Positions 30,251-40,962 of a stretch of DNA of 64,000 nucleotides are shown piece by piece; positions within the stretch are counted from its first letter, which is position 1; each line of letters opens with the position of its first letter. Below the pieces are notes generated by a model. It made no database searches and had not been told where the DNA came from. It worked only from the letters and a program-made list of their open reading frames with translations. The position numbers and the translations under genes are program-made. Origin of the DNA: Thermoanaerobaculia bacterium (GTDB lineage: Bacteria > Acidobacteriota > Thermoanaerobaculia > UBA5066 > Gp7-AA6); assembly GCA_038229875.1 (NCBI GenBank), contig JBBROA010000002.1, positions 1,713-65,712 on the forward strand. The letters are read 5' to 3'.

Positions 30251-32224
30251 TCATCCCTCTTTGTCCTCGTACTGACTCTTCAGGGACGACACCACCGTCG
30301 GATCCGCCAGGGTTGTCGTGTCTCCGAGGACCCGCCCTTCGGCGATGTCCCGCAGCAGGCGTCGCATGATCTTTCCCGACCTCGTCTTCGGCAGGTCGGC
30401 GGTGAAGAAGAGCCGCTCCGGCTTCGCGATCGCGCCGATCTTCTTCGCGACGTGCGCCAGGAGCTCCGCGCGGAGCCCGTTTCCGCCGGCCGCGGCCGCT
30501 CCCGTCTGGGACTTTTCCTTCAGGATGACGAATGCGGCAATCGCGGTGCCCTTGATTTCGTCGTTCACACCCACGACCGCGGCCTCCGCCACCGCGGGAT
30601 GATCGACGAGCGCCGACTCGACCTCCATCGTACCGATGCGGTGTCCGGCCACGTTCATGACGTCGTCGACGCGCCCGAGCAACCAGAAATACCCGTCCTT
30701 GTCGCGCTTCGCGCCGTCACCCGCGAAATAGGTCTCCTCGTTCCACTTCGACCAGTAGGTCTTCACGTACCGCTCGTCGTCGCGCCAGATCGTCCGCAGC
30801 ATGGCGGGCCAGGGACGTGTGATCGCGAGGTACCCTCCGCCCACACCGACCTTACGGCCGTCCTGATCCAGGATTTCCGCGCGGACTCCGGGGAAGGCCT
30901 GAGTCGCCGACCCCGGTCGCGTCGTCGTGATGCCCGGCAGCGGCGTGATCATGATCATTCCGGTTTCCGTCTGCCACCAGGTGTCGACGACCGGACACTT
31001 CCCGCCGCCGATGTGCGTCTGGTACCAGATCCACGCTTCGGGGTTGATCGGCTCTCCGACGGATCCTAAAAGGCGGAGCGAGGAGAGATCGTGCTTCTCG
31101 GGCCACTCCGTCCCCCACTTCATGAACGCGCGAATCGCCGTCGGGGCGGTGTACAGGATCGTGACGCCGTGGCGCTCGATGAGCTCCCAGAAACGCCCGC
31201 GCGTCGGGGCATCGGGCGCTCCTTCGTACATGAGACAGGTGGCCCCGTTCGCGAGCGGACCGTAGACCACGTATGAGTGCCCGGTGACCCAGCCGATGTC
31301 CGCCGTGCACCAGTAGACATCGTCTTCCTTCAGGTCGAACACCCACTTACTCGTGGCGTAGGTCCCGAGGAGGTACCCGGCCGTGGTGTGCAGGATGCCC
31401 TTCGGCTTTCCGGTCGTTCCGGACGTGTAGAGGATGTACAGGGGATCCTCGGAATCCATCTTCTCCGGGGGGCACTGCGACAGGGCGCCTGACATCAGCT
31501 CGGACCACCAGAGATCCCGACCCGCTTGCCAGCTCACTTCGGTCCCGGTCCGCTTGACGACGATCATCTTTTGGATGGTCGGGGTGTCGATCAGCGCCTC
31601 GTCGGAGATCTTCTTCAACGGAACGATGTTTCCCCGGCGCCATCCGCCGTCCGCAGTCACCAGGATCTTCGCGCCCTGGTCGTTGATGCGGTCCCGCAGC
31701 GACTCGGCGGAGAACCCCCCGAACACGACCGAATGGATCGCTCCGATCCGGGCACACGCGAGCATGGCGACCGGCAGCTCCGGGATCATCGGCATGTAGA
31801 GGGTGACGCGGTCGCCCTTTCCGACTCCCAGGGACTTCAGCACGTTCGCGAATCTGGAAACTTCGCGGAGGAGCTCCCGATACGTGATGGTGCGGGTGTC
31901 ACCGGGCTCGCCCTCCCAGATCAGGGCGGCCTTGTTGGCGCGGGGTCCCCGGGCATGCCGGTCGACGCAGTTCACAGACGCGTTCAGCTTGCCGCCGACG
32001 AACCATTTCGCCCTCGGCGGCTTCCAGTCGAGGACCTTTTTCCAGGGCTTCATCCACTCGAGCTCGCCCGCGAAACGCTCCCAGAACTTCTCGAAATCGC
32101 GGTCGGCCTTCGCGTACACCGCGGGGTTCGACACGTTTGCCGCCGCCGTGAAGGCCTTCGGCGGCTTGAAACGGCGTTTTTCGAGGAGCAGGGCTTCGAT
32201 CGTCTCGTCCGGTCTGGTCGCCAT
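30251..32224 (-). CDS. acs: acetyl-CoA synthetase
   Basis: Full-length match in pattern: [17 protein letters not shown], the C-terminal lysine region [10 protein letters not shown], 657 aa. Confidence 0.93.
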   Translation of the reverse strand: MATRPDETIEALLLEKRRFKPPKAFTAAANVSNPAVYAKADRDFEKFWERFAGELEWMKPWKKVLDWKPPRAKWFVGGKLNASVNCVDRHARGPRANKAALIWEGEPGDTRTITYRELLREVSRFANVLKSLGVGKGDRVTLYMPMIPELPVAMLACARIGAIHSVVFGGFSAESLRDRINDQGAKILVTADGGWRRGNIVPLKKISDEALIDTPTIQKMIVVKRTGTEVSWQAGRDLWWSELMSGALSQCPPEKMDSEDPLYILYTSGTTGKPKGILHTTAGYLLGTYATSKWVFDLKEDDVYWCTADIGWVTGHSYVVYGPLANGATCLMYEGAPDAPTRGRFWELIERHGVTILYTAPTAIRAFMKWGTEWPEKHDLSSLRLLGSVGEPINPEAWIWYQTHIGGGKCPVVDTWWQTETGMIMITPLPGITTTRPGSATQAFPGVRAEILDQDGRKVGVGGGYLAITRPWPAMLRTIWRDDERYVKTYWSKWNEETYFAGDGAKRDKDGYFWLLGRVDDVMNVAGHRIGTMEVESALVDHPAVAEAAVVGVNDEIKGTAIAAFVILKEKSQTGAAAAGGNGLRAELLAHVAKKIGAIAKPERLFFTADLPKTRSGKIMRRLLRDIAEGRVLGDTTTLADPTVVSSLKSQYEDKEG

Positions 32225-32643
32225 TGCCGACTCTTCTCTTTCCGAGGACGACCGCCCCGGGGAGGGACGAGACCTCGAGGACGAATGTTATTCCCAAATC
32301 CCCGCCGGAACCGAAGAAGCCTTGACTTCGGTTAAGCCTGTGAAACACAGTGCCCCCACGACTGGTCAATGCCCGGTGCCTGCCGCCGGCCGCCGCCCTC
32401 GCGGAGAGCGAGAACCGTCCGGGGCGACGGCTCCGGTGTCTCCGTTCCTGGACGTGCCCCCCCTCCCGGATCGGACTCCGCGGGCCGCGAACCCGGGACC
32501 GGACGCCCCATGAACGCCGGCGTACCGGGCGTTTCTCCTCTGCGAACGTGTCGTAGCTCCACAGTAAAATTCCCGGTCGAAGTCCCCGGCAACGCTCGAT
32601 TCGGACTTCGCGCATCTCTAAACTTTTAGGAGAGGGAGGGTTC

Positions 32644-34260
32644 ATGGCGACCGGAACCATGGAGAGACAGGCGCCCACCGGCGCCCTCACAGCGGATGAG
32701 AGACGGGTCATCTTCGCCTCTTCACTCGGAACGGTCTTCGAGTGGTACGACTTCTACCTCTACGCGACACTCGCTCCCTTTTTCGCCGCGCTCTTTTTTC
32801 CTCCGGGCAACGCGACGGCCGCCCTTCTGTCTTCTTTCGTGACCTACGCGGCCGGATTCCTCGTGCGTCCCTTCGGCGCGCTCTTCTTCGGACGCATCGG
32901 AGACCTCGTCGGGCGGAAGTACACGTTCCTCGTGACGATCGTGGTCATGGGCGCTTCGACCGCGGCGGTCGGTCTTCTGCCCACCTACGCCAAGATCGGC
33001 TTCGTTGCTCCGATCCTGCTCGTGCTCCTGCGACTCCTGCAGGGCCTCGCGCTCGGCGGCGAGTACGGCGGAGCCGCGACCTACGTGGCCGAGCATGCGC
33101 GGCCCGGCCGCCGCGGCTACAGCACGGCCTGGATCCAGACCACCGCGACTCTCGGCCTGTTCATGTCCCTCCTGATCATCGGGTTCTGCCGCTGGAAGAT
33201 GGGACCGGACGATTTCAAGGCCTGGGGCTGGCGGATTCCCTTCCTGCTTTCGGTCGTCCTGCTGGGGTTCTCGATCTACATCCGGTTGAAGCTGCAGGAA
33301 TCTCCGATCTTCAAGCGCATGAAAGCCGAGGGGAAGGGTTCCAAGGCTCCCCTGACCGAAAGCTTCGCCACCTGGTCGAACGCGAAGATCGTCCTGCTCG
33401 CTCTCTTCGGGGCGACCGCCGGCCAGGGCGTCGTCTGGTACGCGGGACAGTTCTACGCCCTCTTCTTCCTGACGCTCTACCTGAAGCTCGACTACCTGAC
33501 GGCCTACATACTGATCGCCGCCGCGCTCCTGATCGGGACTCCGTTCTTCATCGTGTTCGGATCCCTGTCGGACCGGATCGGCCGCAAGTGGATCATCATG
33601 GTCGGGTGCCTTCTCGGCGCGCTGACTTTCTTTCCCCTGTTCAAGGGGCTGACTCATTACGTCAACCCGGGCCTCGAGCAGTACGCCGCGGCGACTCCGA
33701 TCACGGTGGCTGCCGACGACTGCAGGATGCACATCTTCCCCACCCCCAAGACCGTGTTTTCGCCCTGCGACAAGGCCAAGGATTTCCTGACCAAGGCCGG
33801 GCTCTCCTTCACGTCGGGTCCCGCCGTCGCGGGCGAGCCCGTCGTCACGACGATCGGGAGCGCTCCCCCGCTTCACGGTTATGACGAGGACAAATACAAG
33901 GCGGCGTTGAAGGCGTCGGGCTACCCGGCCGCGCCGGACAAGGCCCGCATCAACTACCCCATGACTCTCCTGATTCTCGTGATTCTGGTGCTCTACGTCA
34001 CGATGGTGTACGGGCCGATCGCCGCGTTCTTAGTCGAGCTCTTCCCGACCCGGATCCGATACACCTCGATGTCTCTGCCATACCACATCGGAAACGGATG
34101 GTTCGGAGGGATGCTCCCGCTTCTGGCGACCGCGCTCGTCGCCTCCCGGGGAAACATCTACGCCGGTCTCTGGTATCCGGTCGTCGTGGCCGCCATCACC
34201 TTCGTCATCGGAGCGTTGTTTCTCAAGGAGACGAAGGACAGGGACATCCAGGCAATCTGA
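32644..34260 (+). CDS. MFS transporter, metabolite:H+ symporter (MHS) family
   Basis: 12 TM segments; GRIGDLVGRKYTF; a large central loop; AGGAGAGGGAGGG Shine-Dalgarno. Confidence 0.88.
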   Translation: MATGTMERQAPTGALTADERRVIFASSLGTVFEWYDFYLYATLAPFFAALFFPPGNATAALLSSFVTYAAGFLVRPFGALFFGRIGDLVGRKYTFLVTIVVMGASTAAVGLLPTYAKIGFVAPILLVLLRLLQGLALGGEYGGAATYVAEHARPGRRGYSTAWIQTTATLGLFMSLLIIGFCRWKMGPDDFKAWGWRIPFLLSVVLLGFSIYIRLKLQESPIFKRMKAEGKGSKAPLTESFATWSNAKIVLLALFGATAGQGVVWYAGQFYALFFLTLYLKLDYLTAYILIAAALLIGTPFFIVFGSLSDRIGRKWIIMVGCLLGALTFFPLFKGLTHYVNPGLEQYAAATPITVAADDCRMHIFPTPKTVFSPCDKAKDFLTKAGLSFTSGPAVAGEPVVTTIGSAPPLHGYDEDKYKAALKASGYPAAPDKARINYPMTLLILVILVLYVTMVYGPIAAFLVELFPTRIRYTSMSLPYHIGNGWFGGMLPLLATALVASRGNIYAGLWYPVVVAAITFVIGALFLKETKDRDIQAI

Positions 34261-34270
34261 GGCCATCTTC

Positions 34271-34299
34271 CCGGCGGCGATGAGCCGCCGGTTCTTTTT
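34271..34299 (+). terminator. intrinsic terminator after the MFS gene
   Basis: CCGGCGGC-GATGA-GCCGCCGG is a perfect 8-bp stem, followed by TTCTTTTT. Confidence 0.6.
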
Positions 34300-34337
34300 G
34301 AGGCGGAGTTCGTACGGAACGAAATAAGGAGGAGAGC

Positions 34338-35573
34338 ATGACTCGACGGTTTCTTCGATTCGCCCTGGTCGCGCTTGCGGTCGCCGGGCTTGCGCCCGCC
34401 GCAGCGCCGGCCCAGGTGGTCGTGAAGGTCAGCGATACGGTGAATCTCCGACTCGGCTTCCAGCTTCAGGGATGGGCGGAATTCCTTCAGGACCCGGTGA
34501 CGGAGGGCTACCAGAAAAACTTCAAGCTCCGCCGCGTGCGCCTGATCGTGGCCGGCCAGGTCGCGAAGAATGTGACGTTCTTCTTCCAGACCGACAACGC
34601 GAACCTGGGAGCGTCGGTCGGGACGGCCACAAAGGCGATCAACACCGGGCTTCTCATCCAGGACGCCTTCGGCGAGTGGCATCCATTCAGCAACGACCTG
34701 TTCATCCTCGACTTCGGCAAGATGCTCATCCCCTTCACCCGCAATTCGCTTCAGAGCACGTCGAGCCATCTCGCGCTCGACGGCGGCACGTGGACATTCC
34801 TCCAGGTCGCTGGCGAGCAGAGCGATGCGGGGCGCGATGTCGGCATCCAGCTCAAGACCTATCTGGCGGGCGATCACCTCGAGATCCGCACCGGCCTCTT
34901 CGACGGCTTTCGCGCTCCGACCAACACGGCCGTGGGCACCACGAACGGTTCGCGCAATCCCTACCGCTTCGCCGGCCGGATCGTTTACAACGTGTTCGAC
35001 ACGGAAAAGGGCTACGTCCCAGTCGGCACGAACCTCGGCAAGAAGAAAATCCTCGCCTTCGGCGCCGGATATGACTCGCAGGGCGGGTACACGGCGCCGT
35101 CGACGGCGACTCTTCCCTCCGGCGACGGTTACAAGGCGTACGGCGGGGACATCATGCTGGACTTGCCTGTGGGCCCGGGCGATATGAAGACGGGAAAGAG
35201 CGCGTTTACGGCCCACGCCGACTTCATCCACTATGACGGCGGCTGCGGCATCACGCCCCTGGGGACCCGCGCGACGAACTGCCTCATTCCGTCTCTGTCG
35301 CCGGAGCGGGAACTCTTCACCGACGTCGGCTTCTACTTCAAGCCGATCGAGCTCCAGCCGTTCGTGCGGTACGAGACGCTCCAGTTCACGGACAGCATCG
35401 AGCACGGGCGCAACATTCGGCGCTACATGGGCGGATTCAACTACTACGTCGCGCAGCAGAACATGAAGATCACGGCGGCGTACGAGCGAATCGTCCCCGG
35501 AACGAAGCCGGCGACCGCGGCGGTCAAGAACACCAATCACTTCGTGGTTCAGCTTCAGTTCTATTACTTCTAG
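34338..35573 (+). CDS. putative outer-membrane beta-barrel porin
   Basis: Signal peptide MTRRFLRFALVALAVAGLAPAAAPAQ. Alternating amphipathic strands. The C-terminus ends QFYYF with an aromatic residue. Confidence 0.6.
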   Translation: MTRRFLRFALVALAVAGLAPAAAPAQVVVKVSDTVNLRLGFQLQGWAEFLQDPVTEGYQKNFKLRRVRLIVAGQVAKNVTFFFQTDNANLGASVGTATKAINTGLLIQDAFGEWHPFSNDLFILDFGKMLIPFTRNSLQSTSSHLALDGGTWTFLQVAGEQSDAGRDVGIQLKTYLAGDHLEIRTGLFDGFRAPTNTAVGTTNGSRNPYRFAGRIVYNVFDTEKGYVPVGTNLGKKKILAFGAGYDSQGGYTAPSTATLPSGDGYKAYGGDIMLDLPVGPGDMKTGKSAFTAHADFIHYDGGCGITPLGTRATNCLIPSLSPERELFTDVGFYFKPIELQPFVRYETLQFTDSIEHGRNIRRYMGGFNYYVAQQNMKITAAYERIVPGTKPATAAVKNTNHFVVQLQFYYF

Positions 35574-35604
35574 TCGGGTGGGAACAGGGGGCGAAGGAGG
35601 ACCA

Positions 35605-36942
35605 ATGTCGAAAAAGAACAAAAACGGTCTGACCCGCCGGCAGTTCGTGAAGGTGACGGGAACGGGGGCGCTCGCCGCAGGGGTCGGCGCCAACTTCCTG
35701 TTCCCGGCGCGCGCTGCGGCGCAGCAGAAGACGCTTCGCATCATCCAGTGGAGCCATTTCGTTCCGGGCTACGACAAGTGGTTCGACAACACGTACACGA
35801 AGGAATGGGGCGCGAAGAACAACACGAACGTCGTCGTGGACCACATTGCGATCGGGGAGATCAACGCCCGCGCGGCCGCGGAGGTCTCGGCGAAGAAGGG
35901 TCATGACCTGTTCATGTTCCTCTCCCCTCCCGCGGCTTACGAAAAGCAGGTCATCGACCACTCCGAGATCTACCAGACCGTCGAAAAGAAGCACGGCAAA
36001 AAGATCGATCTCGCGCACAAATCGACCTACAACCCGAAGACGAAGAAATACTTCGCGTTCTCGGACTCCTATGTGCCCGACCCGGGCAATTACCGGAAGG
36101 ATCTCTGGGAAAAAGTCGGATACCCGAACGGGCCCGACACCTGGGAAGACCTCCGCATCGGCGGCAAGAAGATCAAGGACAGCGTCGGAAACCCGGTCGG
36201 AATCGGGCTCTCGCAGGAGCTCGACACCAACATGGCCGTTCGGGCGCTTCTCTGGTCCTACGGCGGGTCCGAGCAGGACGAGAACGGCAATGTCACGATC
36301 AATTCGAAGCAGACCGTGGAAGCCCTCAAGTACATGCGCGCGATGTTCAAGGAGTGCATGACCCCCGAGGTGTTCACCTGGGATCCCTCCTCGAACAACC
36401 GGGGCATCCTGGCCGGCAAGCTGTCGTTCGTCGCCAACGCGATCTCGGTGACGCGCACCGCGGAGAAGGACAACCCGGAGATGTCGAAGAACATCCAGGT
36501 GGCCCCGGCCTTGAAGGGCCCGGTCCGCCGGATCGCGGCGGAGCACGTCATGGACTGCTACGCGATCTGGAACTTTGCCGAGAACCAGGAGGGCGCCAAG
36601 CAGTTCTTAGTCGACTACATCGACAACTTCGGCGCGGCGTTCAAGGCGAGCGAGTTCTACAACTTTCCCTCGTTTCCGAGCACGGTCCCCGACATCAAGG
36701 CGCAGCTCGCGAACGATCCGAAGGGCGTTCCGAACGACAAGTACAAGGTCCTGTCCAACGTCCTCGAATGGGCGACCAACGTGGGATACCCGGGGTACGC
36801 GACCGCCGGAATCGACGAGGTCTTCAACACCTTCGTTCTGCCGACCATGTTCGCCCGCGCGGCGCGCGAAGAGGTCACGCCGGAGGAGGCCGTGAAGACC
36901 GCGGAAGCGGAGATCAAGCGCATCTTCGCCAAATGGAAGTAA
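35605..36942 (+). CDS. ABC transporter substrate-binding protein (Tat signal), operon 1
   Basis: GAAGGAGG Shine-Dalgarno. TRRQFVKVTGTGALAAGVG is a twin-arginine signal. It is a paralogue of the SBP at 55070. Confidence 0.85.
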   Translation: MSKKNKNGLTRRQFVKVTGTGALAAGVGANFLFPARAAAQQKTLRIIQWSHFVPGYDKWFDNTYTKEWGAKNNTNVVVDHIAIGEINARAAAEVSAKKGHDLFMFLSPPAAYEKQVIDHSEIYQTVEKKHGKKIDLAHKSTYNPKTKKYFAFSDSYVPDPGNYRKDLWEKVGYPNGPDTWEDLRIGGKKIKDSVGNPVGIGLSQELDTNMAVRALLWSYGGSEQDENGNVTINSKQTVEALKYMRAMFKECMTPEVFTWDPSSNNRGILAGKLSFVANAISVTRTAEKDNPEMSKNIQVAPALKGPVRRIAAEHVMDCYAIWNFAENQEGAKQFLVDYIDNFGAAFKASEFYNFPSFPSTVPDIKAQLANDPKGVPNDKYKVLSNVLEWATNVGYPGYATAGIDEVFNTFVLPTMFARAAREEVTPEEAVKTAEAEIKRIFAKWK

Positions 36943-36963
36943 GAAGGTAAGCTCACCCGCGCC

Positions 36964-38046
36964 ATGGCCATAGTCCAGACGCGGGCACTCACCAAAGTCT
37001 TCAAAAAGGGCGAGCTCGGCGCCGTGAACAGCGTGGACCTGGAGAGCCGGGAGGGCGAGTTCCTCGTCCTCCTCGGCCCGTCCGGGTCCGGTAAAACGAC
37101 CCTTCTCCGGATGATAGCGGGGCTCGAGGAGCCCACGTCCGGCGAGATCCTGATCGGCGGCCGCGTCGTCAACGACATGACGCCGCGCGAGCGCCGGATC
37201 GCGATGGTCTTCCAGAGCTACGCGCTCTATCCCCACCTGACCGTGCTCGGCAACATCGTCTTCCCTCTGAAGGCGCAGGGCATGGAAAAAGGAGAGCGCC
37301 AGAAGAAGGCCGAGTGGGCCGCGGGCCTTCTCGGGATCGGGCAGCTCCTCCATAGAAAGCCGCGGGAGCTTTCGGGCGGCGAGCGCCAGCGTGTCGCGCT
37401 CGCGCGGGCGATCGTGCGGGAGCCCTCGCTCTTCCTGCTCGACGAGCCGCTCTCGAATCTCGACGCGAAGCTGCGAGCCTCGGCGCGGACGGAGCTCGAG
37501 CAGTTCCAGCGACGCGTCGCCACCACGACCATCTACGTGACGCACGACCAGGTCGAAGCCATGGCGATGGGCGACCGCATCGTCGTCATGAACAAGGGAC
37601 TGGTCCGACAGATCGGCACGCCGGCCGAGGTCTACGACGAGCCGGCGGACACCTTCGTCGCCACCTTCCTGGGTTCGCCGCCGATGAACCTGATCGACCT
37701 CGGAGAGGTGACGGTTGGATTTCGGCCCGAGCACTTCTTCCCGGTGACCCATCTCGCGGGACAGGCCGCGGTGCCTGCCGATATGCGCGCGGACGCGCGC
37801 GTGGGCCCCTACGTTCCCCTGAAGTTCCGGCTGAGCCACGAGGAATACCTGGGCGCGGAGAGGATCCTCTACGGCCAGCTCGAGGGCGGGAAGTTCGACG
37901 GTAAGCCCGCCGTGTCGCGAATGTCGTCGACGCACGGCGCGGTCTACGAAAGCGGATCGGTGCACGCGTTCGCCGTCCGGCAGGAGGATCTCAAGTTCTT
38001 CGACCGGGAGAAGGGCACCCGGACCGAACCCGTCCCGCTTTCATGA
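36964..38046 (+). CDS. ABC transporter ATP-binding protein (MalK/UgpC-like), operon 1
   Basis: GPSGSGKTT, LSGGERQRVALARA, LLDEPLSNLD and a C-terminal TOBE-like region. Confidence 0.92.
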   Translation: MAIVQTRALTKVFKKGELGAVNSVDLESREGEFLVLLGPSGSGKTTLLRMIAGLEEPTSGEILIGGRVVNDMTPRERRIAMVFQSYALYPHLTVLGNIVFPLKAQGMEKGERQKKAEWAAGLLGIGQLLHRKPRELSGGERQRVALARAIVREPSLFLLDEPLSNLDAKLRASARTELEQFQRRVATTTIYVTHDQVEAMAMGDRIVVMNKGLVRQIGTPAEVYDEPADTFVATFLGSPPMNLIDLGEVTVGFRPEHFFPVTHLAGQAAVPADMRADARVGPYVPLKFRLSHEEYLGAERILYGQLEGGKFDGKPAVSRMSSTHGAVYESGSVHAFAVRQEDLKFFDREKGTRTEPVPLS

Positions 38047-38930
38047 GCGCTCTCGGGCGGCAGCGCTGGCTCGGGCCGGCCATGTTCCTCCTGGCCATCC
38101 TCTACGTGGTGGCGCTCGTTGGAGTTCCGTTCGTGCTCGCCTTTCTCTACAGCGTCGGCGACGTCAAGGTCGGCAGCGTCGGCTACCACTTCGTCGGCCT
38201 CGCGAACTTCAAGTCCGTCCTGCAGAACCCGACCTTCCTGCGCTCGCTGAGAAACTCCTTCGTCTTCACGATCTCTTCGCAGGTGCTCGTGCTCCTGGGA
38301 GCCAACATCCTCGCGATGGCGTTGAAAAACGTTTTCCCCGGGCGGCGCTTCGTCCGATTCCTGATCCTCCTCCCTTGGGTCGCCCCCGTTTCGATCGGCT
38401 CGATCGGCTGGAAGTGGATTCTCGATTCTCTCTACAGCGTCATCAACTGGGTGCTCATCCGGTTCCACCTCGCCAACGAGTTTTCGCCGCCAATGTATCT
38501 CGGCGAACCGAAGCTCGCCATGATCTCGGTCATCCTCGTGCACACGTGGCACATGCTCCCCTTCGCGACGGTGATCATCCTGGCGGGGTGGACCGCCATT
38601 CCGAAGGACATCCCGGAGGCGGCCGAGGTCGACGGGGCGAAGTTCTTCCGGAAGCTGTTCCAGATCGAGCTGCCGATGATGCTGCCGATCATCAACGTCG
38701 CGGTGCTCTTCGGCGTGATTTTCACGTTCACCGACATGACCGTGGTGTACATCCTGACCCGCGGGGGACCTTACGACACGACACAGGTTCTTCCGTCGCA
38801 GGCGTTCTTCACCGGGATCCTCGGAGGCGACCTCGCGGAGGGCGCGGCCATTTCTCTCTTCCTCGTTCCGCTGCTCGTGCTCGTTGCGTGGCTGATGCTG
38901 CGCTCGGCGCACCGCGCGGAAGTGACGTAG
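38043..38930 (+). CDS. ABC transporter permease (MalF/UgpA-like), operon 1
   Basis: 6 TM helices and an EAA-like loop (AAEVDGAKFFRKLFQIELPMM). ATGA overlap with the ATPase gene. Confidence 0.88.
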   Translation: MSALGRQRWLGPAMFLLAILYVVALVGVPFVLAFLYSVGDVKVGSVGYHFVGLANFKSVLQNPTFLRSLRNSFVFTISSQVLVLLGANILAMALKNVFPGRRFVRFLILLPWVAPVSIGSIGWKWILDSLYSVINWVLIRFHLANEFSPPMYLGEPKLAMISVILVHTWHMLPFATVIILAGWTAIPKDIPEAAEVDGAKFFRKLFQIELPMMLPIINVAVLFGVIFTFTDMTVVYILTRGGPYDTTQVLPSQAFFTGILGGDLAEGAAISLFLVPLLVLVAWLMLRSAHRAEVT

Positions 38931-38940
38931 GCAGGAATTC

Positions 38941-39792
38941 ATGGCGATTGGTCTGAAGGCGCGGAAAGGGTTCGGCCGGGTCGTCCACGTCCTAGTGCTG
39001 CTGTTCTTCTCGGTCGCGCTCGGATTCCCCTTCTACTGGATGGTGATCACGAGCTTCAAGCAGAACCCGGACCTTTACAACCTGAAGAACAACCCGTTCA
39101 TTTTCAGCATGAAGCCGACGCTCGATCACATAACGTTCCTGTTCCGGGAGACCCTGTTTCTCCGCTGGTTCGGCAACACGCTTTTCGCGGGGTTCTGCGT
39201 CGTCGTCATCACCCTTCTCCTCGCGGTCCCCGCCGCGTATGCGCTGACGAGGCTGACCGGACGCTGGGGCGGAAACGTCGGCATCGCGATCTTCCTGACC
39301 TATCTCGTCCCTCCGACGCTGCTCTTCATTCCCCTCTCCAGGATCGTCGCCCTCCTCGGGCTGCAGGACACACTCTGGTCGATCATCGTCGTGTACCCGA
39401 GCTTCACCATTCCTTTCTCGATCTGGCTCCTGATGGGGTTCTTCAAGTCGATCCCGCGCGAGCTGGAAGACGCCGCCATGGTGGACGGCCTGACACGCTT
39501 CCAGGCGTTCATCAAGCTCGTGATCCCGATCTCCGTGTCCGGAATCCTCACGGTCGTGATCTTCACCTTCACGCTGGTGACGCAGGAGTTCGTCTACGCG
39601 CTGACGTTCATCTCCTCGGCGTCGCATCAGACCGTCGGGGTCGGCGTACCGATCTATCTCGTCCGCGGCGACGTGTATTACTGGGGGTCGCTGATGGCGG
39701 CGTGCCTCATCTCGGCGCTTCCGATCGGTATTCTGTACAACCTGTTCCTCGACCGCTTCATCGCGGGGTTCACCGTGGGGTCGGTGAAGTAG
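38941..39792 (+). CDS. ABC transporter permease (MalG/UgpE-like), operon 1
   Basis: 6 TM helices and an EAA loop (DAAMVDGLTRFQAFIKLVIP). Confidence 0.88.
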   Translation: MAIGLKARKGFGRVVHVLVLLFFSVALGFPFYWMVITSFKQNPDLYNLKNNPFIFSMKPTLDHITFLFRETLFLRWFGNTLFAGFCVVVITLLLAVPAAYALTRLTGRWGGNVGIAIFLTYLVPPTLLFIPLSRIVALLGLQDTLWSIIVVYPSFTIPFSIWLLMGFFKSIPRELEDAAMVDGLTRFQAFIKLVIPISVSGILTVVIFTFTLVTQEFVYALTFISSASHQTVGVGVPIYLVRGDVYYWGSLMAACLISALPIGILYNLFLDRFIAGFTVGSVK

Positions 39793-39827
39793 GAAGTCGA
39801 GAGCTCCGCGTCGCGCGTCGAGCGTCC

Positions 39828-39853
39828 CGACGGAGACCGGGCGAACCGTCGGA
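39828..39853 (+). terminator. hairpin CCGACGG-N12-CCGTCGG in the convergent gap between ABC operon 1 and aguA
   Basis: Perfect 7-bp inverted repeat with no U-tract. It is followed by the CTGACAGCTGACAGCTGAGAGC motif, which abuts the aguA stop. Confidence 0.25.
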
Positions 39854-39901
39854 TCCGCTTCGACGATCCCAACCGCATATCTGACAGCTGACAGCTGAGA
39901 G

Positions 39902-40924
39902 CTACAGCGAAACCGGCTGCTGCCGCGTCAGGCAGTGAATCGTGCCGAGGCCCCAGACGAGGTCCCGGGCGTGGATCCCCACGACCGGCCGGTCGAAGAG
40001 CTCCCCCAGAATCCCGAGCGCGATCGGGTCGTTCGGGTCGTTGAACGTCGGCACGAGCACCGCGGCGTTCGCTATGTAGAAGTTCGCGTAGGACGCCGGG
40101 AGCCGGCGGCCGTCGAAGAAGACCGGGAAGGGCATCGGAAGATACGCGATCTCCGGACGGGTGCCGTCCTCGAGGCGGGCTCCTTCCAGGCGCTCCCGGT
40201 TCTCCTCCAGCGCACGGTGGTTTTCGTCCGCGGGATTCTCCTCCCGGCAGAGGACCACGGTGCGGGGCCCGGTGAAGCGGCAGAGGTCATCGACGTGTCC
40301 GTGGGTGTCGTCGCCGGCGATGCCCCGGCCGAGCCAGATGACGGTGCCGGCGCCCAGCGTCTCGCGAACGACCCGCTCATAGCCGGCGCGGTCGAGGCCC
40401 GGATTACGCACCTGGACTTCCGGGTCCAGCAGACACTCCTCGGTCGTCATCAAAGTCCCCCGCCCGTTCACGTCGATCGCTCCGCCTTCGAGCACGACGT
40501 CGCTTCCCTCCGCGGCCGCGGGCAGAAGAGGCATCTCCAGCGCGCGGGCGACGCGCTCCGGGACGCGGTCGTCGCACTTCCAGTCGGGATACTTTGCCCA
40601 ACCATTGAAGCGGAAATGTCGGATCGCGATCTCCGAACCGCGCCGCACGAACGCCGGGCCCGAGTCCCGGGTCCATCCCCTGTCCGTCGGCATCCGGAAG
40701 AATTCGACCTTCGACAGGTCGAGTCCGGACCGCCGCATGACCCGACGAGCGCGCGCTTCGTGCGCGGAGGACTCGACGAGCACCCGCAGGATTTCCCCGG
40801 GGAGGATCCAGCGGGAGATCTCCGCGTACGCCCAGGGAATCGGACCGAAACGGCCCGGCCAGTCCGACGTGTTGTGCGGCCAGCCGATCCACGTCGCCTC
40901 GTGCGGCTCCCACTCGGCCGGCAT
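39902..40924 (-). CDS. aguA: agmatine deiminase
   Basis: MPAEWEPHEATWIGWPHN...GAIDVNGRGTLMTTEECLL...GIHCLTRQQP follows the AguA/porphyromonas-type deiminase pattern. Confidence 0.88.
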   Translation of the reverse strand: MPAEWEPHEATWIGWPHNTSDWPGRFGPIPWAYAEISRWILPGEILRVLVESSAHEARARRVMRRSGLDLSKVEFFRMPTDRGWTRDSGPAFVRRGSEIAIRHFRFNGWAKYPDWKCDDRVPERVARALEMPLLPAAAEGSDVVLEGGAIDVNGRGTLMTTEECLLDPEVQVRNPGLDRAGYERVVRETLGAGTVIWLGRGIAGDDTHGHVDDLCRFTGPRTVVLCREENPADENHRALEENRERLEGARLEDGTRPEIAYLPMPFPVFFDGRRLPASYANFYIANAAVLVPTFNDPNDPIALGILGELFDRPVVGIHARDLVWGLGTIHCLTRQQPVSL

Positions 40925-40962
40925 CGCGAAGGCGCCGGCGGCGGAGCGGCGGCGGGAAGCTC

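Noticed and set aside
32722-33884. ORFs 32722..33876 (-) and 32742..33884 (+)
   Set aside because: Alternate frames of the MFS transporter gene.
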